Shown here piece after piece: positions 52,111 to 61,071 of a stretch of DNA of 64,000 nucleotides. Position numbers and translations under genes: made by a program. The DNA comes from Myxococcota bacterium (GTDB taxonomy: Bacteria > Myxococcota_A > UBA796 > SXON01), in NCBI GenBank assembly GCA_040386535.1, contig JAZKFH010000042.1:64001-128000 (forward strand), read 5' to 3'. The notes below the pieces were generated by a model. The model had not been told where the DNA came from. It ran no database searches and saw nothing but the letters and a program-made list of their open reading frames with translations. Position 1 is the first letter of the stretch. Each line of letters starts with the position of its first letter.

Positions 52111-53708
52111 TACGCCGACACGGAGAGCAAGCCGCGGAGCTGCTCCAGGGTGTCGGCATCGGCGGCCGTCTTGTCGCGGCGCCAGCGTAGGATGCGAGGG
52201 AAACGCACGGCGACCCCGGACTTGTGGCGCGGGGAGGGCGCGATGCCCTCGAAGGCGAGCTCGAACACGTGGAACGGCTCGACGGAGCGGACCGGCCCGA
52301 ACTTCTCGACGGTGTGGCGGCGGATCCACTTGTCGAGCTCGTCGATCTCCGTGTTCGTGAGCCCCGAGTAGGCCTTCGCCACGGGGAACAGCGCGCCCTC
52401 GTGCCACACGGCGAACGTGTAGTCCGTGTAGAGCCCGGCCCGTTTGCCGTGGCCGGCCTGGGCGTACACGAGCACCCCGTCCATCGTGTAGGGCGCAATC
52501 TTCCACTTCCACCACGGGCCCCGCGTGCGGCCGACACCGTAGGGCGAGTCACGGCGCTTCAGGAGCAGGCCCTCGACACCCCGCTCGCGCGCCTCCTCGC
52601 GGCGCTCCCCGAGTTGTTCCCAGTCAGGCGCCGTCACCTCCGTGGAGAGCCGGACGGTGGGAGCGAGGGGCGCGACGAGCGCGGCGAGGCGGGCACGCCG
52701 CTCATCGAGCGGGAGGGCGCGGATGTCGGCCCCCTCGTGCTCCAACAGGTCGAAGGCGACCAGCACGACCGGCGCCGCGTCGAGCACCTTCTTGTCCAGC
52801 TTCTTGCGCCCGATGCGGGTCTGAAGGTCCGCGAACGGCAGCGGCGCGTCTCCCCGCCACGCCATCAGCTCCCCGTCGAGCACCGTCCCGATGGGCAGCC
52901 GGGTGGCCACCGCCGTCACCTCGGGGAACCGCTCGGTGAGCAGGTCCTCCCCGCGCGACCAGATGGCGAGCGTGCCTTCGCGGCGGATCACCTGGGCGCG
53001 GATGCCGTCCCACTTCCACTCGGCGAGCCAGGCCGACACATCGCCGAGCGTGCCGATGGCGTCGCTCTCGAGCGGCGCAGCCAGGAAGAACGGGTACGGG
53101 CGGGTCCGATCCTCGGTCGCGCCTTCCGCGTCGAGGAGGGCGCGGTAGCCCTCGGGGGTCGGCGCCCAGCTCCCCATCAGGCGGTGCGCGAGCGTGGCCG
53201 GCGGCACCCCCGCGATCTCCGCCAGCGCCCGCACCACGAGCGTGTGTGACACCCCGACGCGCAGCTCCCCGGTGAGGAGCTTGTTGAGCACGAAGCGCTC
53301 CCGGCGCGGCAACGCGGCCCACCAGCGGCGCAGCGCGGCTTCGCGGGCGGGCGCGTCCAGCGTCGGCAGCGTGACGATGCGCTCGAGCCAGGTGTGCAGC
53401 GGGAGATCGCCCTCGTCGGGGGCGGTGGCGAGCGGATCGACGAGCAGCGCGAGGGCCTCCGCGAGGTCACCCACCGCCGTGTAGCACTCCGCGAGCATCC
53501 ACTCCGGGTAGCCGCTGACGGCGACAGCGGCCGAGCGCAGCTCACGCGTCGGCACCAGCCGCTTGAGCCGGTTTCCGGTGAGGAACCACAGCGCCCACGC
53601 GGCGTCCGCGGGGTCGGCGTCCCGGAACCAGGCCACGAGCGCCTCGACCTTCCGGTTGGTCGAGGTCGTCTGGTCCAGCGTGTCGTACAGGTCCGCGAAG
53701 CGCCTCAT
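52110..53708 (-). CDS. ATP-dependent DNA ligase
   Basis: EWKWDGIR (KxDG), LDGEL, EGLLLK, WWKWK, VRFPR. Confidence 0.95.
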   Translation of the reverse strand: MRRFADLYDTLDQTTSTNRKVEALVAWFRDADPADAAWALWFLTGNRLKRLVPTRELRSAAVAVSGYPEWMLAECYTAVGDLAEALALLVDPLATAPDEGDLPLHTWLERIVTLPTLDAPAREAALRRWWAALPRRERFVLNKLLTGELRVGVSHTLVVRALAEIAGVPPATLAHRLMGSWAPTPEGYRALLDAEGATEDRTRPYPFFLAAPLESDAIGTLGDVSAWLAEWKWDGIRAQVIRREGTLAIWSRGEDLLTERFPEVTAVATRLPIGTVLDGELMAWRGDAPLPFADLQTRIGRKKLDKKVLDAAPVVLVAFDLLEHEGADIRALPLDERRARLAALVAPLAPTVRLSTEVTAPDWEQLGERREEARERGVEGLLLKRRDSPYGVGRTRGPWWKWKIAPYTMDGVLVYAQAGHGKRAGLYTDYTFAVWHEGALFPVAKAYSGLTNTEIDELDKWIRRHTVEKFGPVRSVEPFHVFELAFEGIAPSPRHKSGVAVRFPRILRWRRDKTAADADTLEQLRGLLSVSA

Positions 53709-54730
53709 GGGACGGCCTCCTCCGCCACGTCCGTCTCGCCTTCCCAGGCGGTCGGCACCGTAGCGGCGTCGAGCCCCTGCTCGCACAACCAGCGCACCAG
53801 CGGCTCGGTGTTCCCATGTGTCACCAACACATGTTCGGCGCTCGTGGCAGCGATGGTCTCCACCAGGGCTGGCCAGTCGGCGTGATCGGAGAGCACGAAG
53901 CCCCGATCGACGGATTGCCGGCGGCGAGGCCCGCGCACACGCATCCACCCCGACGCCAGCGCTGTCTCCGCGTTCGGGAACCGCTTCATCCACGGGCTTC
54001 CGCGCGCGCCCGGGGTGGCGAGCACCAGGTCCCCCTCGAAGCGATGGCCAATGGGCGCGTCCGCGACCAGGCGTGTGGGCAGCATCGGGACGCCGGCCGC
54101 GCGGTAGATCTCGACGATGGGCGCGATGGCGCCGTGCACGTAGACCTCCCGGTCCGTCAGCCGCGCGAGCTCCGCGAGGATGCGCTGCGACTTCCCCAAC
54201 GCATACGCGAACAGCACCGCCGGGCGCCCCGCCGCCCGCGAAGCGTCCCACCACGCGAGGATCTCGGCGGCCACCACGTCCCCCGGGTCCCACTGGTAGA
54301 TCGGCAGGCCGAAGGTCGCCTCGGTCACGAACGTGTCGCACCGGAGGGGCTCGAACGCCGCGCACGTCGGATCCGCAGCGCGTTTGTAGTCGCCCGAGAT
54401 CACCCACACCTCGCCCTGGTGGGCGATGCGGAGCTGTGCCGAGCCGAGGACGTGGCCGGCGGGATGGAACGAGAGGTCGACGTCTCCGAGGCGCCTCGTC
54501 TCCCCGTAGGACACCCCCTCGATGCGCGCCTCGGGCCCGAGCCGACGCCGGAGCACCGGCAGGGACGGCGCCGTCGCGAGGTAGCTCCGCATCCCGGGGC
54601 GCGCGTGATCGGCGTGGGCGTGGGTCAGGACCGCGCGGTCCACCGGGCCCCACGGATCGACGTAGAAGCCGCCCGGCTCGCACCAGAGGCCCGCGGGCGT
54701 GGGCCGCAACAACGGTTCTCGGTTCCCCAT
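53705..54730 (-). CDS. Ligase-associated DNA damage response exonuclease (MBL/beta-CASP)
   Basis: THAHADH, PAGHVLGS, SGDYK, EATFGLP, SDHADW, THG. Confidence 0.92.
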   Translation of the reverse strand: MGNREPLLRPTPAGLWCEPGGFYVDPWGPVDRAVLTHAHADHARPGMRSYLATAPSLPVLRRRLGPEARIEGVSYGETRRLGDVDLSFHPAGHVLGSAQLRIAHQGEVWVISGDYKRAADPTCAAFEPLRCDTFVTEATFGLPIYQWDPGDVVAAEILAWWDASRAAGRPAVLFAYALGKSQRILAELARLTDREVYVHGAIAPIVEIYRAAGVPMLPTRLVADAPIGHRFEGDLVLATPGARGSPWMKRFPNAETALASGWMRVRGPRRRQSVDRGFVLSDHADWPALVETIAATSAEHVLVTHGNTEPLVRWLCEQGLDAATVPTAWEGETDVAEEAVP

Positions 54731-54769
54731 CCCCTCCTCTCTATCCGCCTCCGCGATAGAACTCCGGAG

Positions 54770-55144
54770 ATGTCCACCGTCACCCCCGCCACCGTCCGGC
54801 TCGACAAGTGGCTGATCGCCGCCCGCATGTTCAAGACGCGCCCGCTCGCCCAAGAGGCGTGTGACGGCGGCCACGTGACCGTGAACGATCGCGCCGCCAC
54901 GCCCGCCCGCGCGGTCAAGTCGGGAGACGTGATCGTGGCGGACACCCCTGGCGGCAAGAAGATCCTCCGCATCACCGGCTTGGAGGAGAAGCGCGGCCCC
55001 GCGGCGCACGCGCGCACGCTCTACGACGACCTGACGCCGCCGCCCCCGCCGTCCGAGGAGCCCGTCGCCTTGCGGGAACGTGGCGCCGGCCGTCCCACCA
55101 AGCGGGACCGCCGCCTCATCGACCGTACGCGCGGCGAGGAGTGA
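54770..55144 (+). CDS. hslR: Heat shock protein 15 (S4 RNA-binding)
   Basis: RLDKWL..AR.FKTR, KRGPA..A..LY, GRPTKRDRR. Confidence 0.92.
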   Translation: MSTVTPATVRLDKWLIAARMFKTRPLAQEACDGGHVTVNDRAATPARAVKSGDVIVADTPGGKKILRITGLEEKRGPAAHARTLYDDLTPPPPPSEEPVALRERGAGRPTKRDRRLIDRTRGEE

Positions 55145-56883
55145 GCGTCGGGGGCGCCCCTCTCGCCCGGGTCCTGCGCGGCCACGGGGCCCCCCTGCTC
55201 GTGTTCGTCGCGCTCGCGCTGCTCCTCTGCGCGCCCGTGCTCTCCGACCCGACAGGCCTCGCGCTCGGGCACCCCTCCAACGACGTGTGGAACCACGTCT
55301 GGGGCTTCTGGTGGGTGGCCACCGAGCTCTCGATGGGGCGCCTCCCGGTCGCCACGGAGCTGCTCGCCTGGCCCGCGGGCGGGAGCCTCTGGTTCATCGA
55401 CACGTTCAACGTGCTGGTCACCCTCCCGGTGTCGTGGCTCTGGGGCCCCGTGGCTGCCTACAACGCCGCGGTGTTCGGCAACTTCGTCTTGTGCGGCGTG
55501 GGCGCCTACGTGCTCGCCAACCGCGTCGCGCGCAGCCGGGCCGGCGCCGCGCTGGCGGGGGTGGCGTTCATGAGCTGCCCGCACCTGCTCGGGCAGGCCT
55601 ACAACGGCATCACGGAGACCCTCTCCGCGGGCTGGCTCCCCCTCGCCATCGCCACCTTCCTGGCCGCGCGGGAAGCCCCAAGTCCCGTGCGCGCGCTGCT
55701 CGCGGGGGCGACCTTCGGCGTGACCGCGTTCGCCAACTGGTACTACGGTCTGTTCGCGGCCATCGTGATCGGGTCGGTGCTCGTATGGGACGTGCTCCGT
55801 GCGCTCCGCGCCCGACGCAGGACGGGCTTCGCACCCTCGCTCCTGGCGCTCTCGCTCGCCGGAGTCGCGGCCGCGCTCGTGGCGGGCGGACCGTTCACCT
55901 TGTTCTACCTGTCCATGGGCGCGGCGGACGCCGTCGTCACGCGGGACCGCGCCTTCGTGTTCATGACGCTGGTCATGCACAACATGACCGATCTGGTGTC
56001 GCTGTTCCGGCCGGGCAAACATTACTCGCCGGACCTCAAAGCCCAGTTCGACGAGGATCTGCTGGTGGTGGTGTACCTCGGGCACGCCCTGGTGTGGCCC
56101 GCGCTCGCGACGCTGTGGGGCGGCTGGCGCCGCTTCGCCCAGCCGTGGGCCCTGTTCGCGGCGGGCTTCGTGCTCCTCACGCTCGGGCCGTTCCTGTACG
56201 TCGCCGGCGCCTACGTGCAGCTGGACGGCGGCTGGATCCCCCTCCCCTTCCTCGCCTTGTTCGAAGCGTTCCCGCTGTTCTCGCGGATCTCCCACGCCTA
56301 CCGCTTCGTGCTCGGCGCCTCGCTCGCGCTCGCGGTGATGCTCGCGTGGGCGGTGCGAGACCTCGGGCAGCGCGGCGTGCCCGTGGTGGCCGCGGCCGCG
56401 TGGCTCGGCGCGCTCCGGCTGGTGGAGGCCCTATGGCTCTCCCCCGCCGTGTTCCCGATCCCCGCCGCCGACACCCACGTCCCCGCCGTATACGCCACGC
56501 TCGGCGAGGGCGCCGTGCTCGACCTGCCCGTGAGCCTCCCCGTGCTCGCGCGCTCGCGGTACGGGATGTATCAGATGGTGCACGGGCAGCCGGTCCCCTA
56601 CGGGCTCAACGACCCCTCGCCGCTGTACCTCTACGTGAACCGATACACGCGCCTGCTCATCGAGCTCGAGCGCAGCACGATCGCATTCCTCCCCGCCGAG
56701 CTCCCGATGCTCGACCTCGCGCTCGGCCAGCAGGCGCTCGTGGATGGCGGCCTGCGCTGGATCGTGCTTCACCGCGCCGAGTATCCGCCGGCCCAGTACG
56801 CGAAGGTGGCCCAGCTCCTCGACCTGACGGCGACCGCGACCTGGGACGACGGCGACACACGCGTGTATCGGATCGGACCATGA
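55141..56883 (+). CDS. Polytopic membrane protein, GT-C-fold glycosyltransferase-like
   Basis: DVWNHVWGFWW loop, many TM helices, GAVLDLP..YQMVHG soluble tail. Confidence 0.6.
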   Translation: MSVGGAPLARVLRGHGAPLLVFVALALLLCAPVLSDPTGLALGHPSNDVWNHVWGFWWVATELSMGRLPVATELLAWPAGGSLWFIDTFNVLVTLPVSWLWGPVAAYNAAVFGNFVLCGVGAYVLANRVARSRAGAALAGVAFMSCPHLLGQAYNGITETLSAGWLPLAIATFLAAREAPSPVRALLAGATFGVTAFANWYYGLFAAIVIGSVLVWDVLRALRARRRTGFAPSLLALSLAGVAAALVAGGPFTLFYLSMGAADAVVTRDRAFVFMTLVMHNMTDLVSLFRPGKHYSPDLKAQFDEDLLVVVYLGHALVWPALATLWGGWRRFAQPWALFAAGFVLLTLGPFLYVAGAYVQLDGGWIPLPFLALFEAFPLFSRISHAYRFVLGASLALAVMLAWAVRDLGQRGVPVVAAAAWLGALRLVEALWLSPAVFPIPAADTHVPAVYATLGEGAVLDLPVSLPVLARSRYGMYQMVHGQPVPYGLNDPSPLYLYVNRYTRLLIELERSTIAFLPAELPMLDLALGQQALVDGGLRWIVLHRAEYPPAQYAKVAQLLDLTATATWDDGDTRVYRIGP

Positions 56884-58151
56884 TGCTCCTCTCCCTCGTC
56901 CTCGCCGCGTGCACCCCCAAGGCCCCCGAGGGCTACGACGCCTGGCCGGAGCAGACCGACGTGTTCCCCTGGGTGTACACCCCCGAGGAGGACCTGGAGC
57001 CCTACGAGGAGGTGCGCTGGGAGACCGAGACGTGGGACCCCGGCACCGATCAGGACCAGGTCGGGTACTACCTGTTCAAGGCGCTGAACCATCGCGTCGG
57101 CGCGCCGGAGGAGAGCCTCGCCCACTTCGACGTCATGCGTGACACACTTGGTGATACATCCCCCGGCGCCGACGATGTATCACTCTCCTTCGTGGGCGAC
57201 GTGATGTGGATGGGCGAGAACTGGTCGACCTTCTCGCTGCCCTCGGAGGGGCTGCTCGACGGCGACCTGCGGATCGGCAACCTCGAGACGCCCACGGATC
57301 CGGGCCGCTCCTTCGAGCCCGCGGAGCTCGGCCTCTACACGTTCAACGCGCCGCCCGAGATGCTCGACGGGCTGCCGCTCGACGTGGTGCAGCTCAACAA
57401 CAACCACAGCCTGGACGTGGATGACGCCGGGCTGGAGGCGACCGTCGCCGAGGTCACCGCGCGGGGGCTCGTGGCCACCGGGGTGGACACCCACGCCGTG
57501 GTGGACGTGGGCGGCCACTCCATCGCCATCCTGTCGTACACCTGGGGCCTGAACCGTCGGGACATCCGCTCGGCGCACGACCTGTTCATCGTCCCGTTCG
57601 GCCACCTCGACCTCGATCCGTTCGGCCCCGAGATCGACGCGCTCGGCGAGGACATCGCCGCGGCACGCGCGGACGGCGCGGAGACCGTCGTGGTGCTGGT
57701 CCACTGGGGCTACGAGTACGAGTACTACCCCGACCCGCACTACCTCCGGCTGGGGCGCCGTCTCGTCGAGCTCGGCGCGGACGTCGTCGTCGGCGAGGGG
57801 CCCCACGTGGCGCAGCCGGCGGAGCTCTGTCACGTCAACAACCCCTCGATCGTGCCGGGCATCGGCACCTGCAGTGTCCGCACCGAGGACGGCGAGCCGC
57901 GCACGGCCGCGATCCTCTACAGCCTCGGCAACTTCGGCACGACGATGCCCACGCTCCCCTGCCAGGCGGGCATCGTCGCGAACGTGTCCGTCGGCCCCGA
58001 CGTGACCGGCCTCGGCTGGGCGGCGGCGGTGACCGTGGACACCGCGGAGGGCCTCCAGGTGGTGCCGCTCGCGGATGTGTTGGACGACTCGGACCGGGCC
58101 GCGGAGGCCGCGCGCCTGGACGCGCACCTCGGCGTCGGGTGGAAGCGCTGA
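56880..58151 (+). CDS. CapA/PGA_cap family metallophosphatase-like lipoprotein
   Basis: FVGDVM, GNLETP, NNNHSLD, HWGYEY, GPHV.Q, YSLGNF. Confidence 0.85.
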   Translation: MMLLSLVLAACTPKAPEGYDAWPEQTDVFPWVYTPEEDLEPYEEVRWETETWDPGTDQDQVGYYLFKALNHRVGAPEESLAHFDVMRDTLGDTSPGADDVSLSFVGDVMWMGENWSTFSLPSEGLLDGDLRIGNLETPTDPGRSFEPAELGLYTFNAPPEMLDGLPLDVVQLNNNHSLDVDDAGLEATVAEVTARGLVATGVDTHAVVDVGGHSIAILSYTWGLNRRDIRSAHDLFIVPFGHLDLDPFGPEIDALGEDIAAARADGAETVVVLVHWGYEYEYYPDPHYLRLGRRLVELGADVVVGEGPHVAQPAELCHVNNPSIVPGIGTCSVRTEDGEPRTAAILYSLGNFGTTMPTLPCQAGIVANVSVGPDVTGLGWAAAVTVDTAEGLQVVPLADVLDDSDRAAEAARLDAHLGVGWKR

Positions 58152-58152
58152 C

Positions 58153-59319
58153 TCAGGCCCGCCGACGCCGTGTCAACGCCAACGGCAGGAGCAGCCACGC
58201 CGCCGCCCCGTTGCATCCGCAGGCGCTCTCGACCGGCTCGGGGTCCTCGTCCACGGCTGTATCAATTGTTCCGGAATCGGATGTATCACCGGTGTCGGAG
58301 GGCTCCGCGGTGTCGTCCGGCTCGTCCGGCCCGGGATCCAGCCCCGCCTCCACCCGGTCGATCGTGACGACGAACGCGTAGTTCTCGAGCTCCCGGGTGT
58401 AGGACACGACCAGCGTATCGTCGCGGAAGGTGAGCCAGGGCTGCATCCCCCCGTTCGGCGGGGTGTTGTGCGACACCTGCACCTGCTCCGACAACCTCCA
58501 GTCGAGGTTGAACACCGAGAGCCACACATCGCCGTCCTGGGCGTCAAAACCGGCAGCCTCGTCGCGGACCATGTGCGCGAGCACGTGCCGATTGCCGACG
58601 CGCGTGTAGCCCTGGGACCAATAGGCCTTCTGGCCGCGGATGGAGACGTCCTGAAGGTGGCGGTCCTCCACGGCGAGGTCGGCGGTCGTGTACTCGGTCA
58701 CGTGCAGGTAGTCGCCGTCGTCGCCTTTGAAGCTCGCGATGCCGACCGTCACCCCGTCGCTGAACAACGAGGAGCCGGTCACGATCGGCGCGTGGTCGGG
58801 CTCGACGACGCGCACGGCGGTGGCGTCGGGTCCGAGCTCGACGAGACGGAACGAGACGCGGCTGTCGGGGTCGAAGAAGCCGGTCGCGGCAAACCCCTCC
58901 GCGCACACGACGGGCATGTCCCGGTGGACCTGCGTGGGTTCGCTGTCGAACAGCTGCGACGAGGCCGTCATCCCGAGGTCGGCGTCGTAACGGAAGGCCC
59001 ACGCCGAGTCGTCCAGGCTCAGCGCGCTCGCCGAGGCGATGTGCAGCCACGATCCGTCGGGACAGCGGGCGATCGCGTGGTCGACGAGATCCGAGCGCCC
59101 GGTCAGGCGCGTGAGCCGGGTCAGGTCGGGTACGAACGCGTCGTCCAGGGGCACGTGCTGATACTCTCCGCCGGACGCGAAGAAGAAGTCCCAGCCCGTC
59201 TCCGCGGGGAACAGGCGCCCCCAGTTGCCCGAGCGGTCCACGTCGATGTGGGTCTCCGGCCCGACGTCTACGAGCAGCGACCCGGCCCAGGCCCCAGAGG
59301 CGAGCAGGAGCGCGAGCAC
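58153..59319 (-). CDS. Exported beta-rich protein with MYXO-CTERM-like tail
   Basis: Signal peptide, D/T linker, ACGCNG-hydrophobic-RRRRA. Confidence 0.7.
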   Translation of the reverse strand: MLALLLASGAWAGSLLVDVGPETHIDVDRSGNWGRLFPAETGWDFFFASGGEYQHVPLDDAFVPDLTRLTRLTGRSDLVDHAIARCPDGSWLHIASASALSLDDSAWAFRYDADLGMTASSQLFDSEPTQVHRDMPVVCAEGFAATGFFDPDSRVSFRLVELGPDATAVRVVEPDHAPIVTGSSLFSDGVTVGIASFKGDDGDYLHVTEYTTADLAVEDRHLQDVSIRGQKAYWSQGYTRVGNRHVLAHMVRDEAAGFDAQDGDVWLSVFNLDWRLSEQVQVSHNTPPNGGMQPWLTFRDDTLVVSYTRELENYAFVVTIDRVEAGLDPGPDEPDDTAEPSDTGDTSDSGTIDTAVDEDPEPVESACGCNGAAAWLLLPLALTRRRRA

Positions 59320-61071
59320 CTACCCGCCGACCACGTCGGCCGCGGGCACGAGCACCACGCCGTCGCGCGGGCCGACCTCGATCGTGACGGTACCGTCTGA
59401 CCCCACGGTGTAGGTGCGGTCGCTCCCCTCGGGGAACACCTCCACCAGCTCGGTGCCCGGCGCGAAGGACACGGGCATCGCGTTGCCCTCGAAGGCGGTG
59501 TGGCTCTCGTGGTCATCCGACGTGTTGATGACCACCAGCACGCTCTGCCCGTCGTAGCTCCGTTCGAACGCGAGGATGTTCGAGTCCTCCTCGCCGCTCA
59601 CCCGGTCGGTCACCCACTTGAGCACGAAATCGCCGCGTCGCAGGGGCACGTAGGCCTTGCGCAGGGCGGTCAGCGTGGCGGTGTGGCGGAACAGGTCCCC
59701 GTCCGTGTCGAAGCCCGTGGTCCAGAGCGGCTCACGATTGGCGGGGTCGTTGCCGCCCGAGAAGCCCTGCTCCGTGCCGTAGTAGAGCGTCGGGATGCCG
59801 TCCTGCGTGAGCAGGTACGTCAATGCGCTCTTGAGCGCCGGGACGCTGTTCTTGTCGAACAGGAAGCGCGGGATGTCGTGGTTGTCCATGAAGTTGACGA
59901 GGATGTCGGTCGGCGGCAGGCCGGCGCCGCGATCGTGCGCGACCGTGCCGAAGTTCGTGGAGCGGGCGGCGAGCAGCGTCTCGATGCGCGTGGTCGGCTG
60001 GTTGAACTTGAACACGTCGTCGTAGACCTGGTACTTCTGGGAGAAGTACACGACGCTGTCGACCTCCTGGTCGAACGTGTAGCTGCCGATGAGCTGGTCG
60101 TCGCCGTCGAAGCTCTCGCCGAACATCAGGAACTTCTCCTTCCCGATCAGCGAGGCGTGGTCGCGGATGGCGGGGCAGAACTCCTGCCAGAACCCGTGCT
60201 CCACGTGCTTGAGCGTGTCGATGCGGAAGCCGTCCAGGTTGGCCGTCTCGAGCCAGTACGCGAACACATCGATGAGCGCCGTGCGCACGTCGGGGTGCTC
60301 GGTCTTCAGGTCCTTGAGGCCGCCCGGGAAGTCCCCGTGGACCACCTGGTCGAAGTCGCCCCAGTTGGTGACGCGCCCGCGGCGGTTGTACCAGTCCGGG
60401 TTGGCGAACTCGGGCGGGTTGGGGAGCACCCGGTTGATCTCCGGCATGTTCACCCACCCCAGGGGCGCCTCGCCGCTCTCGCCGAGCGAGGTCTCGCCCT
60501 GGACGCCGCGGCTGTCGTACGCGGGGTCCCACTCGGTCACGATGTCGACCGTGTCGGAGCCGTCGGTCGAGTAGTACGTCGTGATGTCGGCCTGACCGTT
60601 CCGATTGATGTCGTAGTAGAACAGCTGCCCGACGTGGTTCACCACGATGTCGAGCACCACCTTGATGTCGTTGTCGTGCATCACCTCGACCATCTCGCGG
60701 AGCTTCGGCAGGTCCCCCCAGTGCGGGTTCACGCTCACGAAGTCCTGGGTCCAGTAGCCGTGGTAGCTGCCATTTCCCGCGTCGGACTCGACGTTCACGA
60801 CTACCGGCGAGATCCACAACGTGGTGACGCCAAGCTCCTTGAGGTAGTCGACCTTGTCGATGATCCCCTGGTAGTCGCCGCCCAGGTAGCGGGACAGGTT
60901 GCTCTCGTCGTAGGTGACGTTGTAGTCGTTGTTCACGTCGCCGTTGGCGAAGCGATCGACGAGCAGCTGGTAGATCACCTCGTCACGCCAGTCCTCGACG
61001 TGGTTGGTGATCTCGGGGGGCTGCGTGTAGGGCGAGGAGTCGACACACGCGAGGAGCGCGAGGAGCGTCAC
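59320..61071 (-). CDS. GH13 alpha-amylase family lipoprotein
   Basis: YQLLVDRFANG, YHGYW, DIVVNH; catalytic GFRIDT, FGESF, DNHD; YYGTEQ. Confidence 0.92.
   Translation of the reverse strand: MTLLALLACVDSSPYTQPPEITNHVEDWRDEVIYQLLVDRFANGDVNNDYNVTYDESNLSRYLGGDYQGIIDKVDYLKELGVTTLWISPVVVNVESDAGNGSYHGYWTQDFVSVNPHWGDLPKLREMVEVMHDNDIKVVLDIVVNHVGQLFYYDINRNGQADITTYYSTDGSDTVDIVTEWDPAYDSRGVQGETSLGESGEAPLGWVNMPEINRVLPNPPEFANPDWYNRRGRVTNWGDFDQVVHGDFPGGLKDLKTEHPDVRTALIDVFAYWLETANLDGFRIDTLKHVEHGFWQEFCPAIRDHASLIGKEKFLMFGESFDGDDQLIGSYTFDQEVDSVVYFSQKYQVYDDVFKFNQPTTRIETLLAARSTNFGTVAHDRGAGLPPTDILVNFMDNHDIPRFLFDKNSVPALKSALTYLLTQDGIPTLYYGTEQGFSGGNDPANREPLWTTGFDTDGDLFRHTATLTALRKAYVPLRRGDFVLKWVTDRVSGEEDSNILAFERSYDGQSVLVVINTSDDHESHTAFEGNAMPVSFAPGTELVEVFPEGSDRTYTVGSDGTVTIEVGPRDGVVLVPAADVVGG

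Noticed and set aside
49004..54730. Exonuclease-ligase-Lhr-PdeM cluster as a novel defence system
   Set aside because: This is the already described, widespread ligase-associated DNA damage response operon.
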